NCBI GenBank assembly: GCA_965198175.1 | Contig: OZ240245.1 | Span: 640,001-704,000, forward strand | DNA: 64,000 bases | Direction of reading: 5' to 3' | Origin: Candidatus Poribacteria bacterium | Lineage (GTDB): Bacteria; Poribacteria; WGA-4E; PCPOR2b | Position numbers and translations under genes: made by a program | Notes under the pieces: model-generated | Databases searched by the model: none | The model's input: the letters and a program-made list of their open reading frames with translations, nothing else | Told to the model about the DNA's origin: nothing | In this document: one piece after another, positions 47,583-55,981 of the stretch | Layout of the letters: every line of letters starts with the position of its first letter | How positions within the stretch are numbered: position 1 is the first letter of the stretch

Positions 47583-47916
47583 TGTGGTCCTAGATTCTAT
47601 GGTAAAGGTAAAATTTTCACATGCTACCCAAAATCTTAAGGAAAAGTCAATTCAAAAGAGAAGTTCGCCGCGGTTCATAATGTTTTCGGCGTGAGTATGT
47701 CTGTGGTAGTTGTTTTGTTGTGTGAGCCTATCATCTACCCAACAGAAAAAATGTGTGACAAAATCTTCAGTGGTCATGAGTTTGAGGCGTCCAGTTAATC
47801 GAGATGGTTTGTTACCCCGATTAACGAAACAATTGAGAGAACCGACTCATGACCTCTACATTAATCTAACACCATTGGTTATATAATGGGGTGCTATGTC
47901 TTACTTCATCCCTAGG

Positions 47917-48000
47917 GTGTGTTGACCCATTGACGGATTCGACTCATCTTCGCTCCGAGGGTCTTCGCCTTATACCCAGTGAAGCAATTTTGGGCAACCG
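47917..48000. repeat. ~84-bp dispersed direct repeat, copy 1 (possible MITE end)
   Basis: GTGTGTTGACC..TGACGGATTC...GTCTTCGCCTTATACCCAGTGAAGCAATTT.GGGCAACCG recurs at 51381-51463. Preceded by CTAGG. Confidence 0.75.
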
Positions 48001-48107
48001 TCTCGGTTTATGCTGGATTGGCAACAGCAAAATGTGAACTCGTCCTAGCTACTTGCGTTAAATTATTCCAATTTTAATCTTATGTGCCAACAAATCAGTA
48101 TGGAGTA

Positions 48108-48148
48108 AGTTTGTGAAGCGTAAGAAGACGCCTTACGCTTCACAAACT
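48108..48148. terminator. 17-bp perfect hairpin downstream of the beta-barrel gene
   Basis: AGTTTGTGAAGCGTAAG-N7-CTTACGCTTCACAAACT. No clear U-tract, so it may be a REP-like hairpin. Confidence 0.55.
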
Positions 48149-48183
48149 CGCCGTAACTCCCCTAGTTTTCACGTAACGTTCAT

Positions 48184-49374
48184 TTAGAAGACGCGGTAGT
48201 TGAGTAGAACGGTAAAATTGGAGGTGATGTCTTCGTCAGGCACCTTTTCGATTTGTTCCGTTGCTACTAGATTGATATTATTCTCGATGTAATAGATGAA
48301 CGAGATTCCGAATGAATGGCTATTCTCTACATCTCCTACTCCGGGTTTATCCAACCGCAGTAGATGTCGAAGCCGCAGGTCAATACGGTTGGACAACTCA
48401 TACGAAATATCGCTTGATAATGACAACGCGTAAGCCGTTCCAAAGTTATCAAAAGGCGTGTTGATTGAAACGCGCTCACTGATTTGCCATTGCCAGGCTA
48501 TTGGACGTGCATAACTAGCACTCACATCGAGATTCGCGACTGGACGGTCCTGGTCTGTATAGGGTGTGGTGATATCGAATTTGGAACCAATGGTCGCGTC
48601 CCAGCCGTAAAACCGATCTGCGATATCCTCACGTTCAAGAATCTCCTCAATGCGAAGAACCCCGATAGCACTGAGTCCACCTTCATTGAGCAGACCCGAC
48701 TCACGCATAACCGTTTCCATGTCTTTATACCACTCTTTTTTGTAAATCTCGCCATATTTGTCTTCATATTCGTTTTCACGATTGATAATCTTGCTAAACT
48801 CAAGAATCGCTGTTTTCGGCAGATGTCCGCTAAGTTCTCCCTCTTGAATGAGAAATGCTTCAATACGAACGGCTTTTGCCAGCGATGTCGCCTCAATAAA
48901 TCGACCATATCCCATGCCAACAATCACAGCGGACGCCGGTCGGTCGTAGCGCCGGTGCATGTCTGAACTGGCACGGAGGGAACCGAAGGTATCTCTAAGC
49001 AACTCATTGTTCTCCGCCAGATACTTCTTGACGCCGGCATCTCCCTTTATTTGATAATTGGTGTGATAATCATCCGTCTCTATGTTTTTATCCACCAAGC
49101 CGGACCCAATAACATCAATGGAATACCCAAATGGCAAGGAATCATAGAACCTTTTGTAAATACCGCCGATGTTTCCTTTGCTATTTGTCGCAGTGGAGCC
49201 TGTTGTTGCATGGTTCATCGAAAAATCAATCAAGAGACGGTCCGCAGCACTAACTGGTACTTCATAGTCGGTAACAGATACTTCTTGCGCAGATACATTG
49301 TTCACAACAAGGATAACCTCTCCCAATAACACGAGAAATACACCCAAGAGGACATAAACACGTGTCTTCAACAT
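48184..49374 (-). CDS. Putative outer-membrane beta-barrel protein
   Basis: Signal peptide, alternating beta-strand pattern, C-terminal ...LNYRVF. Confidence 0.6.
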   Translation of the reverse strand: MLKTRVYVLLGVFLVLLGEVILVVNNVSAQEVSVTDYEVPVSAADRLLIDFSMNHATTGSTATNSKGNIGGIYKRFYDSLPFGYSIDVIGSGLVDKNIETDDYHTNYQIKGDAGVKKYLAENNELLRDTFGSLRASSDMHRRYDRPASAVIVGMGYGRFIEATSLAKAVRIEAFLIQEGELSGHLPKTAILEFSKIINRENEYEDKYGEIYKKEWYKDMETVMRESGLLNEGGLSAIGVLRIEEILEREDIADRFYGWDATIGSKFDITTPYTDQDRPVANLDVSASYARPIAWQWQISERVSINTPFDNFGTAYALSLSSDISYELSNRIDLRLRHLLRLDKPGVGDVENSHSFGISFIYYIENNINLVATEQIEKVPDEDITSNFTVLLNYRVF

Positions 49375-49486
49375 GACAAATCTCCTTTTTAAGTGTTTTG
49401 ACAATCAATAAAGTGCTAATGGTAGTTTAAACCGCAAACAAGTAAAGTGAAGTGCCAACGTTAATTTAGGCCACAAATAAGCGAAG

Positions 49487-50360
49487 TTAATCCAAGTATT
49501 GTTTCTCAAATTCAATCGGCGTGAAATAACCTAACGCCGAGTGAGGTCGTTTCTGATTATAAACCTGTACGATAAAATGACCAATTCGTGCTCTGGCTTC
49601 CATTATATCATCGTAGTCGTTGAGATACACTTCTTCTTCCTTCAGCGTTCGGATGAGTCTTTCGGCATAACCGTTCTCCCACGGACGCCCCCTATGAGCT
49701 AAGGAAATCTCTATCCCATGACCGATGAGAGTGGAAGTATAAGCTGTTGAAAGATACTGAACCCCATGGTCACTATGGTGAATTTCTGGTATGTTTTGGC
49801 TTAATGCCCGTTGCAACGGTCTCAATGTGAGCGGTTCTGTCAAGTGCTGACTCAGTTGCCAACTCCTCACCACTCGGGTAAATACATCCATTAACACCGA
49901 AACATACACGAACTGCTCCTTGAGTCGGACATAGGTAATATCACCGACCCACACCTGATTGCTTCGACAGATGTCAAGGTCTTCAAGCCGATTGACCCAT
50001 TGACTACAACCGCGCAACGATTGAGTGGTTTGACAAGTACGGTTTACGGCAACCAACAAATTATCCTCTTTCATCAGTCGGGCGACGCGTCGGTAACCGA
50101 CAGTGTATCCCATTCGCAATAGCAACTGAGTGATACGCCTATAGCCATATTTCGGATAACGCGCTGCTAGTTGCCCAATCTCATCTCGGAGCCTTTGTTC
50201 AAAGGGGTTACTTTTGGGGTGATAATAGAGGCTGCTCCGATTGAAGCCGAGTGTATCACAAATGTGTCGAACCGAGTAATCAGCGTGCAAAGCATCAACC
50301 ATCTGTCGCTTTTGAGACCGATTCAATTGAGCCAAGTTGAGGCTTTTTTTTGGATGTCTA
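49487..50360 (-). CDS. IS3 OrfB DDE integrase (normally reached by -1 frameshift)
   Basis: YGYRRI, WVGDITY, HHSDHGVQY, ENGYAERLIRTLKEE, YNQKRPHSALGYFTP. Confidence 0.88.
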
Positions 50361-50642
50361 ACGCTAAACTCAATAGGAATCCCTATCGCACTCACTATTC
50401 ATTCGTTTGATCCCAACGAGTTGTTCCAGTTGAGCAATCTGTGTCCTATAGTCGTTGGATTGCTTGTCAGCAGAATCATAGAGAGTTGCTGCATTATCAA
50501 GGAGTTGATGTTTCCATTTGGATAGCTGGTCTTGGCTGAGGTTATGCCGCCGACAAAGTTCCGCTTGTGAACTTTCACCGGTAAGTACCTCAATAACGAT
50601 TTCAGCCTTAAATTGGGGGGTAAATTTCCTTCGTTTTGCCAT
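50322..50642 (-). pseudogene. IS3 OrfA (HTH) frameshifted by an inserted repeat fragment
   Basis: MAKRRKFTPQFKAEIV...LEQLVG, then foreign sequence. The natural end LALDIQKKASTWLN* lies in a different frame. Confidence 0.75.
50383..50412. repeat. One arm of the 79-bp repeat inside the IS3 element
   Basis: CTATCGCACTCACTATTCATTCGTTTGATC versus CTATCGCGCTCACTATTCGTTCGCTTGATT at 21524-21553. Confidence 0.75.
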
Positions 50643-50896
50643 CGGAATCTCCTTTCAATCAATTGGAATTGTATCACAATCTTGGTTAAGAGAGTGGTCT
50701 AAATTGCCGATGGCATTACAAAGTTATGGCACAAATTCAATCTTTAAACTAGGGCGTGTTGGCATTTGTGCCATAGTATAAGGGCTGTCAACACTTACCC
50801 CAACTAATACTCAATGGTAAAAATCTGTGTGCGACAGGTTGTAAACTGAATGGAGATAAATCTCAAACCTATCTACTGTTGTGCAATGTGTGGATA

Positions 50897-51292
50897 TTAA
50901 CTAGACTTCTTCTTGGTGGCGTTGGATTCCTCCTCATTCTTTTCACGAGAGAGGGTATTTTCCAGTTCCGACGTCTTTTCGACAAAAGCAGTTTTCCCAG
51001 CCTCGACAGCTGACTTCACGCTCTCCGTAGCGTCGTTTACTCGCGCCTTTCCTTTACTGACCAAGTCAGTTACGATTTCGGTTGTTGTCGCCCTTGCCGT
51101 ATTGGCGGTGTCGATGGTTTTCTTTTTGACATCCGTAGAAACATCACGAATTCTCTCTCGTGTCTCTCTGCCAGCCAAGGGCGCAAACAGTAAACCGAGA
51201 GTTGAGCCTACTAAGCATCCCAGAACGAACGCAAAAAATACAACAAGACCATTGCCTTGATTTTCGTTATCCCCTTGATTTTCGTTACCCAT
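50897..51292 (-). CDS. YtxH-domain protein
   Basis: FVLGCLVGSTLGLLFAPLAGRETRERI. Start placed at MGNENQ with AAGGAGG RBS. Confidence 0.88.
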   Translation of the reverse strand: MGNENQGDNENQGNGLVVFFAFVLGCLVGSTLGLLFAPLAGRETRERIRDVSTDVKKKTIDTANTARATTTEIVTDLVSKGKARVNDATESVKSAVEAGKTAFVEKTSELENTLSREKNEEESNATKKKSS

Positions 51293-51380
51293 TTGAATAA
51301 CCTCCTTAGTTATGGTTAAACGTTTAGACGTGCGTTTACGCCTCTTTTTTTTACAATGTTGCTGATAACAACTTGCCGGA

Positions 51381-51463
51381 GTGTGTTGACCATTGACGGA
51401 TTCAACCCATCTCCGTTCCGAGAGTCTTCGCCTTATACCCAGTGAAGCAATTTCGGGCAACCG
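51381..51463. repeat. ~84-bp dispersed direct repeat, copy 2
   Basis: Close match to 47917-48000. Confidence 0.75.
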
Positions 51464-51568
51464 ACTGATAATCATACAATTGAACTTCTCACTGGAGGGT
51501 GACATGACACTAGCCCGCCTCCACGGCGAATTACGAAACGACTTACCTCTCAAATCATCTCAATCTAC

Positions 51569-52678
51569 CTACTCCACAAGCGCTAGCTGCGCCATCTCGC
51601 GTCCCTGTTCAGTCAAATCCAATCGACCGTCTTGATTGTGAATAAATCCACGACGTTCGGCGTTTCTGACCACCTGCCGGGCAAAATCTGGTTCCCAGTG
51701 GAGATGGCTGCTGAGGTGATTAACGTGCGCTTCTCTTTCTGCCTCGCGCAAACCTTCGTGACTGAATAGGTGAATCGCAAGCACCGTCTGCGCAAATTCC
51801 CACCGTTGGCTAGCCCGGCGGCGGGCGATGGCGATGATGCCGCGATACGGTGCCAACAAGAACGCCAAACCAAACAAAACACCTGTCATCATCGCAATAG
51901 AGCCGGCGATTGAAGCATCTAGATAGTGTGCAAACCAATACCCAGATATTGCGCTGGCAACACCAATTGTACCGCTAAGCCAAATCATTCGGGATAGCTG
52001 ATTAGTGAGCAAGTAAGCCGTCGCAGGTGGCGCAATCATCAATGCAACGACCAGAATTGAACCGACAGCGTCGAATGCTCCAACGGCTGTGATTGAAACC
52101 AATGTCATTAAACCATAGTGAAGGAGTCCAGGTGAGAAACCGAGCGTTGCAGCAAGACCCGCATCAAAGGTCGCCAACTTCAGTTCCTTATAAAAAAACT
52201 TGAAAAAGGCGATGTTGATGATTAGGATTGTAACCGTTAACCAAAGCGCACGAGGTCCCAAATCCTGTCCAAAGAGCTTGAAACGATAAAACGGTGCGAA
52301 AGCGAGTTCACCTAATAGCACAGCGTCCGTGTCAAGGTGTACATCATCAGCATAGCGAGCAATGAGGATTACTCCAATACTGAACAGGGCGGGGAATGTG
52401 ATGCCGATAGCGGCATCTTCATATACCAGTCTCGTACGATTTAGCAACTCTACCAAACTTACGGTTAGCACACCAGTAGCCGCCGCCGCAATGATTAAGA
52501 GCGGTGATGAAAGATTTTCAGTAATGAAGAAGGCAAGAACAATCCCGACGAGGATAGCGTGGCTGATAGCATCGCTCATCATTGCCATACGGCGCAATAC
52601 GAGAAACACACCCGGTAAAGCGCAGGCTACCGCGACGACTGCCGCAATTAGTTGAATCTGTAGTCCTTCGAGTGACAT
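51569..52678 (-). CDS. troD: Metal (Mn/Zn/Fe) ABC permease with C-terminal wHTH, TroD-like
   Basis: GVFLVLRRMAMMSDAISH, VHLDTDAVLLGE, AFDAVGSILV, LDLTEQG. Confidence 0.85.
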   Translation of the reverse strand: MSLEGLQIQLIAAVVAVACALPGVFLVLRRMAMMSDAISHAILVGIVLAFFITENLSSPLLIIAAAATGVLTVSLVELLNRTRLVYEDAAIGITFPALFSIGVILIARYADDVHLDTDAVLLGELAFAPFYRFKLFGQDLGPRALWLTVTILIINIAFFKFFYKELKLATFDAGLAATLGFSPGLLHYGLMTLVSITAVGAFDAVGSILVVALMIAPPATAYLLTNQLSRMIWLSGTIGVASAISGYWFAHYLDASIAGSIAMMTGVLFGLAFLLAPYRGIIAIARRRASQRWEFAQTVLAIHLFSHEGLREAEREAHVNHLSSHLHWEPDFARQVVRNAERRGFIHNQDGRLDLTEQGREMAQLALVE

Positions 52679-52689
52679 CTTGACGCGTC

Positions 52690-53817
52690 TCACCTCTCCC
52701 GATTGGCAATCTGTTGCGCTTGAACAACTCCTTCGGGTGTTAACGCCCATTCATCGGAACTAACGTTCTTAACCCATCCCCGTGAAGCTAATTCCTTGAG
52801 ACTGTTACGAACGTTGCCCCGATTCACACTCATCGTCCCTAATACAGCAATCGAATGGCTATGTTGGAGGTCTGCATGCTGTGAGGCAAGTGCATAGAGA
52901 TCCTTCAACACAACTTCAATTTGTAGTTTTCGGCGTTCACGTTGATTGCGTATCCAATTCCACACAATTCCCCGGTTGGGTGCGATGGCAATTGACACAA
53001 CCACGATTGCACTGATACATAGCACGATAGCGGGGCCTGTCGGCATATGAACCATGCTGCTGCTGATGGCCGCACCGCTTACGCCAGCAATCGCGCCAAA
53101 TAGTGCTGAGAAGGCAACCATCGCACCGAGTCGATCTGTCCATTGCCGCGCTGCGGCGGCGGGAGCAACAATCATAGCGCTCATCAACACCACGCCGACC
53201 GTTTGTAGTCCTAATACAATCGCTACGACGAGGAGCGTAATCAACAGAACATCAAGGATTCGCATCGGGAAACCGAGGCTTGCGCCGAAACTTGAGTCGA
53301 AGCACAGTAACTTAAACTCCTTCCAAAAGAGTTGCATGACGATGAGAATGATTCCACCGAGAGAAACCATCGTTATTACGTCGCGCTCCATGAGGGCAGC
53401 CGCTTGTCCAAACAGGAATGTATCCAATCCAGATTGCTTGGCAGTCGGCATCTTCTGAATGAAGGTAAGCAAGACCAAACCCGCACCGAAGAAAACCGAT
53501 AACACCAAGCCGAGTGCAGTGTCCTCTTTGATTCGGGTATTATTCACAATACTCATCACAAGAAGTGTTCCAACCCATCCCGCTATCGCCGCGCCGATTA
53601 CAAGCACGAGCGGGGCTTTGCTCTGTGTCAGGAGGAACGCCAGCGCTACGCCGGGCAAAGCTGCGTGCGAAATCGCGTCCCCCAACAAACTCTGTTTCCG
53701 TAGCACCGCATAAGAGCCAAGTGCACCACTCACAACACCGAGCGTTGCTGAACCCATTGCCACTGTGCGTACGGTATAATCAAAGAACAAGTCTTTACCT
53801 AGTTCCAGAATGAGCAT
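52690..53817 (-). CDS. troC: Metal ABC permease with C-terminal wHTH, TroC-like
   Basis: LRKQSLLGDAISHAALPG, FLFGQAA, GLQTVGVVLMSA, WALTPEG. Confidence 0.85.
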   Translation of the reverse strand: MLILELGKDLFFDYTVRTVAMGSATLGVVSGALGSYAVLRKQSLLGDAISHAALPGVALAFLLTQSKAPLVLVIGAAIAGWVGTLLVMSIVNNTRIKEDTALGLVLSVFFGAGLVLLTFIQKMPTAKQSGLDTFLFGQAAALMERDVITMVSLGGIILIVMQLFWKEFKLLCFDSSFGASLGFPMRILDVLLITLLVVAIVLGLQTVGVVLMSAMIVAPAAAARQWTDRLGAMVAFSALFGAIAGVSGAAISSSMVHMPTGPAIVLCISAIVVVSIAIAPNRGIVWNWIRNQRERRKLQIEVVLKDLYALASQHADLQHSHSIAVLGTMSVNRGNVRNSLKELASRGWVKNVSSDEWALTPEGVVQAQQIANRER

Positions 53818-53829
53818 TTCCGACCTCCG

Positions 53830-54657
53830 TCAGTCCTGCATCTGTCGGTTAGGACTATCGCCCTCTCTATTCGGTCCGTTGATCGCAGTTTGTGTTTCGT
53901 CAAACTCATTCCCATTTCGATTGAGGAACGCCACACGCCCACCGTAGGTAAGCCGTAGATTCTTTTCAGTGAAGACCTCTTTGACTGGACCGCTGGCAAT
54001 GCGTCGTACATTAAGGAGCGTGACCCAGTCAAAGTAATCTACGACGGTTTGTAAGTCGTGGTGGACGACAACCAACGTTTTACCCGCTGCGCGTAACTCT
54101 TGCAACAACGAGACAATTGCGCGTTCAGTCGTTGCGTCCACTCCCTGAAACGGCTCGTCCATAAAATAAATCTGCGCATCTTGAACAAGCGCACGCGCGA
54201 GAAACACACGCTGCTGTTGCCCACCGGAGAGCTGGCTTATCTGTCGCGCTGCAAACTCTTCCATACCAACCTTTTCAAGCGCTTCCAGGGCTAGTGTTCG
54301 TTCTTTGGATCTCGGCCGACGCATCCAACCAAGTGCACCATATCGCCCCATCATTACAACATCCAAAACGCTTGTGGGGAAATCCCAATCCACGCTGCCT
54401 CGTTGTGGAACATAACCGACTAGACGGCGCTGCGCAGCGTAAGACTGTCCATAAATCGAGACTCGCCCGGCTGCTGAACGAACTAATCCCAAAATAACTT
54501 TAATAAGTGTTGTTTTCCCCGCACCGTTGGGACCGACGATCGCCATCAGAACCCCGGTTGGAACGGCCAAATCGACGTCCCAAAGCACCGGTTCTTCACG
54601 ATAAGCCACTGTAAGATCCTCGACCTCAATCGCTAGAGAACCAGAATAATTTGCCAT
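53830..54657 (-). CDS. troB: Metal ABC ATP-binding protein, TroB-like
   Basis: [40 protein letters not shown]. Confidence 0.9.
   Translation of the reverse strand: MANYSGSLAIEVEDLTVAYREEPVLWDVDLAVPTGVLMAIVGPNGAGKTTLIKVILGLVRSAAGRVSIYGQSYAAQRRLVGYVPQRGSVDWDFPTSVLDVVMMGRYGALGWMRRPRSKERTLALEALEKVGMEEFAARQISQLSGGQQQRVFLARALVQDAQIYFMDEPFQGVDATTERAIVSLLQELRAAGKTLVVVHHDLQTVVDYFDWVTLLNVRRIASGPVKEVFTEKNLRLTYGGRVAFLNRNGNEFDETQTAINGPNREGDSPNRQMQD
53842..53884. repeat. Half copy of the 79-bp repeat inside the troB 3' end
   Basis: CTGTCGGTTAGGACTATCGCCCTCTCTATTCGGTCCGTTGATC. Confidence 0.75.
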
Positions 54658-54724
54658 TTTTTTCCCGCTACGAAGATGTCCAAGGTTGCGAAACAGAGGC
54701 TCCGGAAATCTTTGTTGTCATATT

Positions 54725-55660
54725 CTATTCAATTGGCATTAGCGATTGCACAATCGTATCAATATTGTGGCGAATCATACCGATGTATGTGCCCTCTGGT
54801 GTGTTTGCGTTACCCATAGCATCGGAGAAGAGTTGACCGCCAATTTTTACGTCGAATCCCCTCGATTTGACTGCCGCTTGCACCGCCTCAATGTTACGCG
54901 GCGACACGGACGTTTCAACAAATATCGCCGGGATACGGGCTTGAGCAATAAAGTCAGCCAGTTCTCGTATATCTGCTACACCAGCTTCCGCGGCTGTGCT
55001 GATTCCTTGAAGTCCGCGCACCTCAAAGCCGTAAGCCTGACCAAAGTAGTTGAACGCGTCGTGAGCAGTGACCAATACGCGTCGATTTGACGCCAAACGC
55101 GCCGCTTGCATCTGTACGTATTGGTGAAGTTCGCCTAGCTTTACGAGATAATCGTCGGAATTTCGCTGGTAATCTCCAGCGTTATTGGCGTCCGCTTCAA
55201 CGAGGGTATCGCGCACAACCTCGACCGCCTTCTTCCAAAGTGTAACATCAAACCAGACGTGGGGGTCATAGGCGCCCTTAAACTCAGGAGGCGTGAGTAG
55301 CGCTGACCGATTAATACTATCCGTAACAGCAACCGTTTTTGCTCGTCCCGACATCTGTTCTAACACCTCCGACATTTTAGCCTCAAGATGCAAGCCGTTA
55401 TAGAAAATAATGTCTGCGTTTGACAGGCGGGAAACATCTCCCGCACTCGCTTTGTATAGGTGCGGATCTATGCCAGGCCCCATGAGTGCAGTCACTTTGA
55501 CGAAATCGCCACCGACAATTTGCGCGATATCGGCGATCATGCCAATTGTTCCGACAATATCAATCTGACCTTTGCCCTCTTTTTTCTTTTTATCTTGTTG
55601 CCCACAGGCAGGCAAAAACACTATTGAGGTGATTATCAGCAATGATGCAAGGATACGCAT
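54725..55660 (-). CDS. troA: Metal-binding lipoprotein, TroA/MntA-like
   Basis: Lipobox LPAC, GIDPHLY, YDPHVW, TAHDAFNYF, LFSD. Confidence 0.92.
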   Translation of the reverse strand: MRILASLLIITSIVFLPACGQQDKKKKEGKGQIDIVGTIGMIADIAQIVGGDFVKVTALMGPGIDPHLYKASAGDVSRLSNADIIFYNGLHLEAKMSEVLEQMSGRAKTVAVTDSINRSALLTPPEFKGAYDPHVWFDVTLWKKAVEVVRDTLVEADANNAGDYQRNSDDYLVKLGELHQYVQMQAARLASNRRVLVTAHDAFNYFGQAYGFEVRGLQGISTAAEAGVADIRELADFIAQARIPAIFVETSVSPRNIEAVQAAVKSRGFDVKIGGQLFSDAMGNANTPEGTYIGMIRHNIDTIVQSLMPIE

Positions 55661-55786
55661 AATATCAGTTTCACTCCCAATCAAGATTCAAGCGATGCGC
55701 CGCGCGAATCAACAGTCAAGTAGGTCAACACTGTATCAATTCGATCCGCTGTGCACTCTAAAAAAACTGTTAGGCATGTCTGTGAA

Positions 55787-55835
55787 TATAATTTAGGTTT
55801 GACTAAATTATAGGTAATGTTGTGGCTAAAGTCAA
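55787..55835 (-). promoter_or_regulatory. Sigma70 promoter with overlapping DtxR/MntR/TroR-type operator
   Basis: Minus strand TTGACT-N17-TATAAT. The palindrome TATAATTTAG-GTTTGA-CTAAATTATA (55787-55812) overlaps the -10 box and start site. Confidence 0.8.
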
Positions 55836-55981
55836 GGAAAATGAGGTAAGTGGTTTAATGGCGAGTGCGCAACCATTAAACCTTCACGGTGGGAGGGATA
55901 CAACTTTATTACCGGTGTTTGCTATTCGTGCGGTTAGTAAGACGCGCATTCGGACTCAGGCATTGGGGCTTGTCCTAATAC

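Larger units (their letters stand above)
49448..50720 (-). mobile_element. IS3-family insertion sequence (orfA disrupted)
   Basis: 27-bp imperfect terminal inverted repeats TGTAATGCCATCGGCAATTTAGACCAC / TGAAGTGCCAACGTTAATTTAGGCCAC (21/27 match), 3-bp target duplication AAG, and an A8G frameshift motif near 50343-50351. Confidence 0.92.

Noticed and set aside
51293..51553. N-terminal extension of the YtxH ORF
   Set aside because: It runs through the 84-bp repeat, and a strong RBS supports the start at 51292.
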